Shown: positions 29,901 to 50,599 of the stretch, in pieces
Numbering within the stretch: position 1 is the first letter of the stretch
How the letters are laid out: the number at the start of each line of letters is the position of its first letter
Assembly (NCBI RefSeq): GCF_009914755.1
Contig: NC_060928.1
Source of the DNA: the human T2T-CHM13v2.0 reference genome, Homo sapiens
Reading direction: 5' to 3' (one strand)
DNA length: 64,000 bases
Notes under the pieces: generated by a model
Seen by the model: only the letters and a program-made list of their open reading frames with translations
What the model was told of the DNA's origin: nothing
Databases searched by the model: none
Position numbers and translations under genes: made by a program

Positions 29901-31317
29901 GGGTTTTTTTTTTTTTTTTTTTTTTTTTTTGAGACAGTGTCTCACTCTGTTGCCCAGGCTGGAGTGCAGTGGTGCAATCTTGGCCCACTGCAGCCTCGAC
30001 CTCCCTGGGCTCAGGTGATCCTCTCACCTCAACCTCCCGAGTTGCTGGGACTACAGATGCGAACCACTATGCCCAGCTAATTTTTGTATTTTTTATAGAG
30101 ATGGGGTTTTGCCGTGTTGCCCAAGCTGGTCTCGAACTCCTGGGCTCAAGTGATTTGCCTGCCTCAGCCTCCCTAAGTGCTGGGATTACAGGCGTGAGCC
30201 ACCACACTCGGTGAATCTGCTTGTTTTTTCACACAACAAAACCTACTGAGATTTTGATTGAGATAGATTTTGTGTGTGTGTAAAAATGTGCTGTTTTTAT
30301 GGTTAATGAAATGACAGTGGTGAGACTGATACAGAAAGACCCGTTAAGGAGACCTGACAAACATCCAAATGACAGAGGGTAGTAGCATCAATGAGGGCGG
30401 CTGAGTAGAAAATAAGTGGGTGGATTTGAGAGAGATTGAAAAAGTGAGCCAAAGCTGATTGCTGATCTTTAACTGGTGGCTACCTTAGAACCATAGTCAT
30501 AGGAATTAGAGAGCAGAACTTCCAGAAGAGGCCTGCAGATAAATGTGGCAGGTGGACAGAAGAAAAACTTCAAATACAACAGCGTGTTCCCTTTGTCCAT
30601 GGGGTTTACCCATGTTATTTTTCTTCTTTGAGCCAGGGGATCATCTTTAATTCTTGGTGAACATGCCAACCATCTAAGTAACAAGTGCTTCTGAGGTAAG
30701 TGAGAATTAGGATTTAATTTTGAAGGAAAGCAGACTTCAGAGCAGCAGGCAGACCTCTCTCCAGTGAGCCACCAGGGCACATGAGCAGCAGATCTCAATT
30801 AGAACTTAGAGTCGAAGCCCCTGGCTCTGTGCTTGGCCTGTGAAGCATGTTGCTTCTGGACTCCTACGGACTGGAAGCAGAAAAACCACTAGCTAGTTAG
30901 AAGCCTCTGGGGGTCAGGTAGTTTGGTTTCTTGCTAATTGCAGCCTTATTCAGTTCTCATGTTGAAGTACTGTCTCTCAGCCATTGGGCCTGTGCCTCAT
31001 TTAGGTTGTATTTTGCCATCAGCAGGATATAGCACACCTTGTGCAGTGTTGGAAGGAAATGTTAGCCCTCTGTCCTGTCGGTTTCAGAGAAATGCCTCCA
31101 GTCATCTCTGTGAGCTCATCAGCTTTTCTTAACAGCTCATGACCTTCACGTTCCATAAGTTGATCAATTCATAAAATTTGCTGAATAGACTATGTGGGTG
31201 TCAGGAGTTAATCAGACAATACAGAGATGGAATTTGCACAGTCTTGATTTTATGATATAGTAATGTTTCCAGTGGCACTGTTTAAATTTCATTCAAGTAG
31301 AAATAAAATGAGCTAAA

Positions 31318-31635
31318 GGCTGGGCGCGATGGCTAATGCCTGTAATCCCAGCACTTTGGGAGGCCGAGGCTGGCGGATCACGAGGTCAGGAGATCGAGAC
31401 CATCCTGGCTAACAAGGTGAAACCCCATCTCTACTAAAATCACAAAAAAATTAGCCAGGCATGGTGGCAGCTGGGACTACAGGCGCCCACCACCACACCC
31501 GGCTAATTTTTTTGTATTTATAGTAGAGATGGGTTGCACCGTGTTAGCCAGGATGGTCTCGATCTCCTGACCTCGTGATCCGCCCACCTCGGCCTCCCAA
31601 AGTGCTGGGATTACAGGCGTGAGCCACCGTGCCCA
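31318..31635. repeat. Fold-back (inverted) AluY pair with ~20-nt spacer
   Basis: + strand Alu left arm 31318-31469 is directly followed by a - strand Alu portion 31470-31635. Confidence 0.9.
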
Positions 31636-31710
31636 TCTGTACTTTTTAAATAAAGTGATTTTGGCCATCTTCTTTGCTCTTAATATTGCACGTTGTCCAT
31701 TTCCCCATAG

Positions 31711-31835
31711 TGGTGGTATCTCCATCAAGGCTTCTGCAAATATGGACCTCATGAGGGCTGACATGGGAGGAGCTGCAACTATATGCTCAGCCATCGTGTC
31801 TGCTGCAAAGCTTAATTTGCCCATTAATATTATAG
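31711..31835 (+). CDS. LAP3: LAP3 coding exon 8 (GGISIK...MRADMGGA catalytic motif)
   Basis: Acceptor ccccatag; donor GTAAGT. 125 nt. Confidence 0.97.
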
Positions 31836-32659
31836 GTAAGTGGGGTAACGGATTACATCTCATAACGCTTCTGGATTCTAGCCAGGTGGGAGAAGAGAGA
31901 CAACAGATATGATTTCCCCTAATCTGAAAAGATAAGAAATGATTTTTAAATAGTCATCAAGCAGTAGCTATTTAGCCCAGATAAGTGTTTTACTGTCTGA
32001 GCTGATTGAGCTAAATGTATCTTGCAACCAGTGGGCTGTAACTGGAATTGATTTGTTTCACTTCTGCAAAAAGTGGCTAGCAGTCAGGGGCACATAATGT
32101 CAAGTTTGTAGTTGACATTATGAAACTTGCTGGGTACTTGGGGTGGCAGGACGTTGCTGGCTCATTGACTGATTGCTTCGTAGGATTGTGGCCGGTGAAA
32201 TGGCACAACACACAGAAAGTGCCTAGGACAGAAAAAGTGCTCATTATGTGGCAGTTCTTAGTAATGGAAGATACAAACTCCCAGGCACAGTACTGGGAGT
32301 TTGTATAATAGCATTGCTCATACTCATTTCAGAGGAGACGGGGAAGGAGGAGAGAGTCTTAGGTTAAATAATAATGCCCTGACTCTTGTCCATTGCACAA
32401 GGAAGGTAGAATTGGAATCCAGGTCTCAGACATGCCCCCCTCCTTCACTATCATAGTCCTTTTTTTTCCTGAACTATTTAAAAGTCAGTTGCAGACATCA
32501 CGACACGTCCTCTAAGAAAAAGGACATTCTATGTAATGACAAAACCATTATCTTTTCCGAGGATTAATTCAGTAACCTAATTCAAGTTTCCAGTTGTGTA
32601 AAAAATGTCCATTTTATTTATTTATATTTAGGTTTTTTTGGTTTTTTGGTTTTTTTTGA

Positions 32660-32764
<105 letters not shown>

Positions 32765-33346
32765 TGAGTAGCTGGGATTACAGGCATGCGCCACCATGCC
32801 TGGTTAATTTTGTATTTTTAGTAGAGACGGGGTTTCTCCATGTTGATCAGGCTGGTCTTGAACTCCTGACCTCAGGTGATCTGCCCGCCTTGGCCTCTCA
32901 AAATGCTGGGATTACAGGCATGAGCCACCGCGCCTGGCCTATATTTAGCTTTTAAATCCAGAAACTAATCAAGGACCACACATTGCTGTTGGTGCCCCTT
33001 TAGATTTCTTGATTCTAGACCCTATTCCTGTTTTCTTCCACGGCATTAGCAGTTTTGAAGGATCTAGGCTTGTTTCATGATATTCTGCAATTTGTATTTA
33101 TTTGAATTGCTTCTTCTTGATTAGAATCAAGTTAGACTTCTTTGGGAAGAATGCTACATGGGTGATGTGTACTTCTTGTTGCTGACACATCATGTCAGTT
33201 GTGTCATTGGTGATGTTAAATTTGATCAGTTCGTTAAGGTGGCCTTTGTGTCTTGCTTCTCATGGCTCACAGGTGGCCTCTTGTCCCATAGGTGGCATGT
33301 TTGGACCCAGTATATACTGTGTGCCTTCATATATTATTTCCAATAG

Positions 33347-33435
33347 GTCTGGCCCCTCTTTGTGAAAATATGCCCAGCGGCAAGGCCAACAAGCCGGGGG
33401 ATGTTGTTAGAGCCAAAAACGGGAAGACCATCCAG
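33347..33435 (+). CDS. LAP3: LAP3 coding exon 9
   Basis: LAPLCENMPSGKANKPGDVVRAKNGKTIQ; donor GTTTGT. 89 nt. Confidence 0.96.
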
Positions 33436-34624
33436 GTTTGTAAATGTGAGACACAGCACTCCCCATCCAGCGTTCCTCAGGAATCCCGTGGTGGCCACAT
33501 AACCACAGCTAGGATGCGTGCAGAGCCCCAGAACCATATTAGGGGAGGGTGCTGTCTTTAGTGCTGGGTAGCCTTTCTTTTCCTTCCCTTTCCTGAAATG
33601 GGGTCTCGCTGCATCACCCAGGCTGTAGTGCAGTGGCGTGATCATGTCTCACTGCAGCCTTGACCTCCCCAGGCTCAGGTGGTCCTCACACCTTAGCGAC
33701 CTGAGTAGCTGGGACCACAGGTGCGTGCCACCATGCCTGGCTAGCTTTTTGTAGACACAGGGTTTTGCCATGTTTCCCAGGCTGGTCCCAAACTCCTAGA
33801 CTCAAGTGATCTGCCCACCTTGTTCTCCCAAAGTGCTAGGATTACAGGCGCGAGCCACCATTCCCGGCCCCTGAGTAGCTTTTCTTGCAAAGGCAGAAGT
33901 ATCTTTTTTGGGGGATTTTGAAGAATGTTTTTCCAGACTTATTGTTCCTCCCATTTCCTGTATGCTATACATGTGTATACACACGTTTCCATGAATTTGC
34001 TGCCAGCCCTGCAGAGGGCGGCAAAGCAGTAAAATTGTGGGCTATCTTCTGGATATACCTGTGCTATGAGTGACTTTTTTCCATTGTAGGTGTTGAGGTA
34101 GAACATACTGTCCTACATCATGGGCCCTGCACTCAAGGGGATGTGGCAGCAGGTCCTCTGGGTGGCACGTGCATGCATGTGTGTACAAGCCACTCAGAAA
34201 ACGACTGGACCTCTATTTAAAAGAAAGGAATATAGTTAGGAAGTGTTACTGAAGTTGCAAGAGTTTTCATTTCTAGGATTGAGACTGCCATGTAGCTGTA
34301 GCTTTCTTAAAGCTCTTTAACCTCATTTTTGGAAATCTTTACATTTTTCCCCTTCTTGTTACAAAGTTACGGGTAAAATGGACTAGACATTTTTCTATTT
34401 ATTTTGGCTTCCAAAGTCATCAACATTAGGTCATCAGCTCTGGTACAGTGATTATTATATTATTATTTTTTTATTTTTAATTAGAAATGGGGTTTCACCA
34501 TCTTGCCTAGGCTGATGTCGAGCTCCTGGGCTCAAGCTGTCTGCCCACCTCTACCTCCCAAGGTGCTGGGGTATTATTAAATCATATTTGCTCTCCAGAT
34601 TAGATATGTTCCTATTCTCATTGA

Positions 34625-34879
<255 letters not shown>

Positions 34880-35621
34880 TGATTTTGTTTGAAGGAAGTC
34901 TTGTTCGTTGCATGGATTTCACACACTATACTTGTGGCATTATTTTGCTAAAATTTGGCTTGGTCCATTGGCATTCAAAGATCTTTCACCAGAGGAATTG
35001 TTCTGCAGTTGTAAAATGTTTTGAATATTAGGTTTGTCGTTTTAAAACATTCCAAGCTGTACTTTTTTTTTTGAGACGGAGTGTCACTCTGTCATCCAGG
35101 CTGGAGTGCAGTGGCGTGATCTTGGCCTCCTGAGTTCAAGTGATTCTCCTGCCTCAGCCTCCCAAGTAGCTGGGGTTACAGGTACGCACCACCAGTCCTG
35201 GCGAATTTTTGTATTTTTAGTAGAGACGGGGTTTTTGCCATGTTAGCCAGGCTGGTTTCGAACTCCTGAACTCAGGTGATCCACACGCCTCAGCCTCCCA
35301 AAGTGCTGGGGTTACAGGCATGAGTCACTGTGCCTGGCCTAATTTTTATATTTTAGTAGAGATGGGGTTTAACCATGTTGGCCGGGCTGGTCTCAAACTC
35401 CTGACCCAGGTGATTCACCTGTCTCAGCCTCCCAAAGTGCTGGGATTACAAGATTACAGAAGTGAGCCACTGTGCCCAGCCTGGGCTGTACCTTTAAGCA
35501 GAAATAACAAGTGCGCCAGATCAGCTCATCTAGAGTGACATCTAAAAATGATGTTAAGAGCCGGGAGCGGTGGCTCACACCTGTAATCCCAGCACTTTGG
35601 GAGTCCGAGGCAGATGGATTA

Positions 35622-35866
<245 letters not shown>

Positions 35867-37871
35867 TTAAGAGATTGTTTCTGTTACAATTACCATTTGA
35901 TACAGATCTGAAAAGATTAGTGATAAATCCCCAAGTCAATAGCTTTCTTTTACTTTTTTAAACTAATTGTAATGTATCTAATACCCTCTGAGCTTTCAGA
36001 GCTTTACTTTTTTTTTTTTTTTCTTCTGGAACTTTTTATACTTGATGTCATAAGGAAATAAAAACATTTTACCAGAGTAGCAGGATTCTCATTTAACAAG
36101 TGACACAGTGTGAAGCCAGCGCTTTAAGGCCAGGCTCAGGTGGAACTCCCAGCTGTGCCACTTACTAGTCAGTTAGCCGTGGGCAAGTTTCTTGGCCCTT
36201 TTGAGCATTGGTACTTGGGGACAATTCCATTTGCTTGGAAGAGCTGTAAAGGCTGGAGGGAGTTTCTTGAAAGCCTCTTTAATACAGGCTGTGACACCAC
36301 CAGCCCTGGAGGGCTGGGAATAGATTCCTAAAGGGATGACAAACAAGTGTTGTCTTATTGCCAAATCCCAATGTTCATAATCTTGCATCCAAATGTTCTC
36401 TTCCTAGTAATTCATCCTGACTCTACCCCTTTTTAAAAAAAATTAATTTCTGAATCTTAAAGTCAGACTCTACCTCTTTTAAGATGAAAATTTAGATCAT
36501 TTTTTATCCTTTGGTTTTATTCTTGCCCTGGTCATGTTGAGCCTTTACTTTGGCAGAAATCATGTTCCCTTTTGTATGTAGGTCTAAAAATAGTCCACAG
36601 GTCTATTGCTAAGAGTTTTTTTTCAAAGCTGGCATTATAGTGTTTTCATGGTTTTTGGTCTATCTATTCAGTTTAGCAAACACTTTACCTGAAAAGCAGA
36701 GCTTCTAGGGTCGGGGGTTGGGGGAGGCACTGGCAGTGAAGCGAGTACCCCCTTACTGTAAATGAGGAATCACAGAGGATAGATACATCAGATACGTCAA
36801 GTTCTACAATTTAAACATAACGTTCATAATTACCACTTGGGGAATACTTTTCCTAGATGCTTAATAGCAGCATTCTACCCCACTTTTTTCTCAGTCTGAG
36901 GGGTTGAGAAGGTGGGAAAGTTGGCCCTACGTAAGCAAGGGTGACCTTCTGGGTGAGCTTTCAGACCACACCAGGTGATGGTTCCCCAAATACTACTGAG
37001 CCCCTTCTGAGTTCCAGAAGCTAGGGTTCCAAGAGGAGAATAAGAACCAGTTTCTAAACTCAGGCTCTTGATAGGAGGAAGTACACAGTCTTCAGAAATA
37101 GAAGACCTGATTTTAAAACTTGTCCTAACTTTTAATAGCACGTTAAAAGTTGGACTAGGCTTTAGTTGTCTCATCCATAAAAGGGGTATAATAGCACCTC
37201 GTTCACAGGAAGGATGCCGTGAAGATTAAATGAGACAATACAGGTTGATGTCCATGGCCCAGTACATCATAGACACTGAAACAGATGTTACTGTCCTTTG
37301 CCTTTGAAAGGCAGGCCGTACCCCAGATTGTAGGAACAGTGACATATTCGGGGATGGCCATATCCAATCACAGTGTTTCTTTTCATTTTCTTAATGCTTG
37401 GGCATAATTTAGGATTGAATGAGTGTGGTGCTATCCTCACTTTCCTTGGGGCTTTGATGTTTCTTCCAGACTATGAGCAATTCTGGTAACATTGATCAGT
37501 GAGCATCACAACACAGGGCTCCAAACGTGCCTTGTAAATAAAAATGGGAAGTATGCCTCTGCTACTAGTAGTTCTGAAATGGGCTGTGGAAATAATTCTG
37601 GAATTATAGAGAATAAACTATTTAGCTATATAATAAAATCATCTTTAGAGCCGTGGTCCCAACTGGACCACCTTAAATACTTATGTCTGCCATTTTTTAT
37701 TACTTTAAGGGAAGATAGCATGGTCTTGTTTGAGGGGATTGTTCATCTTTTCTATGACAAATTTTAAAACTGATAGATGACTCTTAGGGGGTTGACTGAA
37801 ATATTTTGAGGACAAGTGAATAATTATATAAAAAACCACTAACTTGTAAAGTATTAATAGGTATGTATATA

Positions 37872-38255
37872 TTGTCCCTCAGTATGCGTGGGGGATAGGT
37901 TCTAGGATCCCCCCTCAGATACCAAACCCACGATGCTCACATCCCTTATGTAAAATGGCATAGTATTTATATATAACCTATGTACATCCTCCAGTATACT
38001 TAAGTCATCTCTAGATTAGTTATACTGCCTAATACAATGTAAATGCTATGTAAATATTCGTTACACTGTATTGTTTAGGGAATAATGACAAGAAAAAAAG
38101 TCTGTGTATGTTCAGTACTGATGCAGCCATCTCCCCCGCTTCAAAATATTTTCTGTTGACTCCATAGTCAACAGAACATAGTCATATTTCTGTTGACTCC
38201 AAAATATTTGGTTGACTCCATAGATGCAGAACACACGGATACGGAGGGCTGACTA
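37872..38255 (+). mobile_element. MER2-like (Tigger-family) DNA transposon
   Basis: gtccctcagtatgcgtggggga... and ...cacggatacggagggctgac are terminal-inverted-repeat remnants. Body matches the recalled MER2 consensus. Confidence 0.8.
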
Positions 38256-38992
38256 GTTAGTACTATCTTCAAGTTTCAGTTTTCCTTGGGAGAGATGCTA
38301 ATGAGCAGTTTCATGTAAAGACATGGTTAAGAATTTAAGGAGCAACTTGGACATACTTTGCATTGCAGGGAGCAAATGCCACCTTGTGAAGACTATAGAT
38401 TGCCCCCAGTTTCAGTGCTGCCTCCTCTGACATTCCATATGTGTGTCCTGGTACTGATGGTGGTGGGTTCAGTGCTTGTCCTGATACTGAAGGATAGTAA
38501 GGTTTGCTTTTCCTTTCAATAAATACTTAGCTCCTTTATGCCAGGCAGTGTGCTTTCTGGGCCCTAAGGATATGCCTAGGAAGCAGACGTGTTCCTTGAC
38601 TCAGCGCTTACAGATGGGCCAGGCAAATAACAAATGAGATTACTAGGAGCTCATACCACAACTAAAGGAGGCAGCACTAAGTGGCTGTACCTGATTGTCT
38701 CTTCTCAAGAGGACCTGCAAATCTGGATTTTTAAGTTGATTTTTTAAAAATATGCTAATTAATGTAAAAATAGAAGTCAGCCAATGGGACACAACTTTGT
38801 TGGAGAAAAAACTAAAGATGAAACAAGTAAATATTATGCAGTAATAACAGCCATCAAAGTCTTATAGCAGTACTTAGATGTGATTAAAATTGCTGAAAAA
38901 TTAGATTCCTTAAATTATGATATCTCCATCCAGTGGACTATTTTTACATCATTAAAAATATTTTCCAACATTTCTTTATAAAAGAGGAATAA

Positions 38993-40585
<1,593 letters not shown>

Positions 40586-40878
40586 GTTTAGATGTCTGGA
40601 AGGAAATTTCAAAAATAGGTAACAGTCATCCCTAAAATGAAATTATTGGTCAAATTCAGTAGGTTCCTTTTTTGCATTTCCTAATAATTTAAGTGAATTC
40701 TGGCCTGAAAAACATAAAAATATGTTAAGTATGTACAGGAAAGATTTCCTAAGCTTATCTATTTTTGAAAATGAGGAAGCCATTAAATAGGGTACATGCT
40801 AAGGTTTCCATCTGGGTGGCGGAGGAGCCCATTTTGCCTGGAGAGACTGCACGTGACCTGAGGGCTTGTGTCTTACAG

Positions 40879-40958
40879 GTGCCATGGATGTAGCTTTGGG
40901 ATCAGGTGCCACTGGGGTCTTTACCAATTCATCCTGGCTCTGGAACAAACTCTTCGAG
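40879..40958 (+). CDS. LAP3: LAP3 coding exon 11
   Basis: AMDVALGSGATGVFTNSSWLWNKLFE; donor GTAGGA. 80 nt. Confidence 0.96.
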
Positions 40959-41410
40959 GTAGGAATAATATTTGTATATCTAAATTGTAGAGATGGTGAA
41001 TAAATTATTCTAGCCTTAGAAGGATAGACTTCTTCAACCCTGTGTTAAAGTGATTTTTATGCCGCAGGTTTGCCTTTGAATTGAAAATGAACCACAGCAA
41101 TAGATTGAGTTCAGTGGCATTGGGTTTTCCACAAATGCTCCTAAAGGAGGGGATGATGCCCCCTGCTCCCCTCCGGTAGCCTCAGCGTCCTGTGAAAATA
41201 TCTCACGAACACTGTGGTCATAGTTTTAGAATCCCTGAGGTAGAAATGGTTTTGAAGATGGCTTTGTGGAGCAGCGTTTGTGACTGCGTGTCGTGAGTCA
41301 TATAAGGGAGTTCACCCTGCATCGATAAGGATGTCTTCAGACCGCTGTGCTCTGTGCCTCCCTCCATGCCCTTCACAGCCAGCCTCTTCCCAGCAGTCAC
41401 CCTCACTTCC

Positions 41411-41435
41411 ACACACACACACACACACACACACA
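41411..41435. repeat. (AC)n microsatellite
   Basis: About 12 AC units. Confidence 0.9.
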
Positions 41436-43114
41436 CCCTCACTTACTGCCATTGGTTTTCGAATGTCCACACCACTGTTAGCCTAACTCAGCCTGTCTTG
41501 AGGCAGCAGGTGACTCTGTGGCCTCCTGACACCTGGTTCAGCTTCTGTGATAATCCTTTCTTGGGCTGCCTCCTGTGATTCTCCTGCTCCTGTCTCCTGA
41601 CGTGTTTGTTCCCTTTGGCTGCCCTTTGGCTGGTGTTCAATTCAAGGCCATAGGCTCTTCCTACTCTACACATTCCTCACATGGAAGCTCCAGCCAACAC
41701 ATGTTGCCTGATGGCTCCCATCTCTCTCCCGAGTCCCAGCCTCTGTGTACCCATGTGGCTGCTAGACAGCTCCAGCTGGCTGCTTACTCATTCATTCAAC
41801 TAGTAATTAATGGGAGCTTACTCTGTGCCAGTGGGAGGGGAGACAAACATAAAATGTCCCCAAATATATCCTGAGGGTGGTTTAAGGTCTAAACTTATTT
41901 TCACTCTAAACTGCTTCTCCTTCATATATGTCATCATTCACGAAGCCCAATTTTCCCAGTTCTGCAATACTCAGCCCCATCATCTCCTTCCAGGCCGGGC
42001 CAGGAACCTCTCCTCTGGCCTCCCACATAACCGTTATCCCTCTCTTTCATGGCACCCACAATATTGTTGTTTTGACTTTTAAAAAACATTTAAGCTTTAA
42101 AAAAAAAATCTCAGTTATATGTGCATAAATCAACAATCAGCAGCCCACAGTCTGTTTTCCAGAAGGCAGCCACTTTCAACCCTTGGCTGATTCATCTGGT
42201 ATTTACTTATGTCTTAAAATAACAGCTTATATTGCTGCTTCTTGATTTTTCACTTTTAGGTCTTTGATTTTTTACCAGTGAGTTAAATAATCTGTTTATG
42301 TATCTGTTTCTCCTACTAGCCTGTAGGCCCTTGGGTGGCTCAGATGGTAGTATTTCAGCACACCTGGTGGTGCTCAGTAGTTCAGTAAACGATGAATGAG
42401 TGAGTGGGTAAGTGATGAATGAATGAATGTGGTCATCCTGTCTCAGGATTTCAGTGATACAGGTCCAGTCGTGTGTTTCTGTCACATAGAAGTGACCCGC
42501 CACATAAGAACTCTTTCACCCTCATCAACCCACAAAGCCTGTAATTGTAGTTTGATGATTTTAGCAAAATGCCCTACAGATTTGTGAAATTGCTTCACAG
42601 CATTCCCGGTTTCTTTTTATTTTTTATTTATTTATTTATTTTTGAGACGGAGCCTCGCTCTGTCGCCAGGCTGGAGTGCCGTGGCACTCCGTTGGCTCCC
42701 TGCAACCTCCCCGTCCTGGGTTCAAGCAATTCTCCTGCCTCAGCCTCCGGAGTAGCTGGGACTACAGGCGCGCACCACCACGCCCAGCTAATTTTTTGCA
42801 TTTTTAGTAGAGACAGCGTTTCACCATGTTGGCCAGGATGGTCTCGATTTCTTGACCTCGTGATCCACCCGCCTCGGCCTCCCAAAGTGCTGGGATTATA
42901 GGCGTGAGCCACTGTCCCCAGCCTCCTGGTTTCTTTTATAGTTCTAAAATAAATCTTTTAACGAGTGGACACAATTCTGAAACCTATTTTCTAGTTTCAT
43001 GTTTTAGAGTAACAGGTTAGAACAACTCTTCCTTCATGCATTGAGCATGTTAATGCCATGAATTTCCCACAACCTGCCTCATCCACTCTTCCACCTGTCA
43101 TACCTGTTCTCTAG

Positions 43115-43224
43115 GCCAGCATTGAAACAGGGGACCGTGTCTGGAGGATGCCTCTCTTCGAACATTATACAAGACAGGTTGTAGATTGCCAGCTTGCTGA
43201 TGTTAACAACATTGGAAAATACAG
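43115..43224 (+). CDS. LAP3: LAP3 coding exon 12
   Basis: ASIETGDRVWRMPLFEHYTRQVVDCQLADVNNIGKY; donor GTATGT. 110 nt. Confidence 0.97.
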
Positions 43225-43685
43225 GTATGTAAGCTAAGCTAAATGTACATTTATACAATCATCCTTGATTGCCAAAATAGCTGTTTTCAATTTTATCCCC
43301 TTATATAAAAGGTTTAACTATTTAATTTCCTTTTGGTGTAGTGCTTGTAAGATTTTTAATGTCTTGAATTTTCAAGTATTTCTTCAACCAGATTTCAAAA
43401 TTTGCATATTTCTAATCTAATGGTAATTTTCAATAAATGGTAAGGGAAAGAGATGGAAAATATGGGAATTCATTACCATAGCAAAAAGGAATATAGAATT
43501 TATCCTTTACTGCTTAAAGCAATATCTGAAAATAAATATTCTGAAAGTGATATGTGGGTTAGCATCTTAATAGGTCTTACAAGCTTGACTCTTGTTCTTT
43601 GGTTATAGAATGTACTTAGCAAAAATGTGGGATCTCAGTGCACATTTACATGGGGTTGTAAAGTGCTTTTTGTCTTTCTCTTCAG

Positions 43686-43875
43686 ATCTGCAGGAGCATG
43701 TACAGCTGCAGCATTCCTGAAAGAATTCGTAACTCATCCTAAGTGGGCACATTTAGACATAGCAGGCGTGATGACCAACAAAGATGAAGTTCCCTATCTA
43801 CGGAAAGGCATGACTGGGAGGCCCACAAGGACTCTCATTGAGTTCTTACTTCGTTTCAGTCAAGACAATGCTTAG
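43686..43875 (+). CDS. LAP3: LAP3 coding exon 13 (to TAG stop)
   Basis: SAGACTAAAFLKEFVTHPKWAHLDIAG...FSQDNA*. Summed CDS is 1560 nt. Confidence 0.98.
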
Positions 43876-43939
43876 TTCAGATACTCAAAAATGTCTTCAC
43901 TCTGTCTTAAATTGGACAGTTGAACTTAAAAGGTTTTTG

Positions 43940-43945
43940 AATAAA
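43940..43945 (+). terminator. LAP3: Proximal AATAAA polyadenylation signal in the LAP3 3' UTR
   Basis: AATAAA 65 nt after the stop codon. Confidence 0.5.
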
Positions 43946-44233
43946 TGGATGAAAATCTTTTAACGGAGACAAAGGATGGTATTTAAAAATGTAGAACACA
44001 ATGAAATTTGTATGCCTTGATTTTTTTTTCATTTCACACAAAGATTTATAAAGGTAAAGTTAATATCTTACTTGATAAGGATTTTTAAGATACTCTATAA
44101 ATGATTAAAATTTTTAGAACTTCCTAATCACTTTTCAGAGTATATGTTTTTCATTGAGAAGCAAAATTGTAACTCAGATTTGTGATGCTAGGAACATGAG
44201 CAAACTGAAAATTACTATGCACTTGTCAGAAAC

Positions 44234-44239
44234 AATAAA
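44234..44239 (+). terminator. LAP3: Distal AATAAA polyadenylation signal in the LAP3 3' UTR
   Basis: AATAAA followed by GU-rich ttgttgtgctctctggtgtgg. Confidence 0.8.
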
Positions 44240-44793
44240 TGCAACTTGTTGTGCTCTCTGGTGTGGCTCTGATATTTACTTACATATTGCTACAAACCCA
44301 GTAACTTATTACTAGAATATCATTCGTCTCTGTAGCCATGTTGTATGAACTATGTAATTAAATTGGGGCACAGTGGCTTATGTATTTTCTCAATGTTCCT
44401 CATCACTTAAAGGTACTCAGGGATTGAGCTCATCAGTTTGGGTAATAGTGGCTTGGCCCATGATTTCCAAAATGAATCAGTCAGAATAATAGTAACCATT
44501 GTTGACTTACCATCTGCCAGGCACTGTCCTCAGTGTTTTCAGGTGTTAAATTATTGAGTCCTACCCAATGAGACAGGTACTGTTATTACCCTCATATGAC
44601 GGATGAGGGAAACGAGGCACAAGAGAAGTTTAGTAACATGCCACTGATGTCACAGAGCAAGTAACTGGTAGCTCAAAGTTCAAGCCAGGTGGTCTGGCTG
44701 CTGCACTGGTACACTGCAGTGCTCTTTTTCAGTTCAGTGACTTGAATGGATGTAGAATTTATTTGAAGTACTGAAGTAAGAAACATGACCACA

Positions 44794-50380
<5,587 letters not shown>

Positions 50381-50599
50381 AGCATAGTGACTTTCTCTTT
50401 GATGTAACCATAAATATTTAAAGACAACAGTGCCGGGCACATTGGGAACCTCAACAAAGTTGTTTCCGTTATCCATCTCCGACCAGAATTCAGGAAGAAC
50501 TTTGCCTGTCTTGTTCCCGCTATAACCAATGACTCAACAAATGTTTGTGGAGTGAGTGGGTGACCCTCTCCTTTTACCAACGGTAAACAGCCCGCGGAA

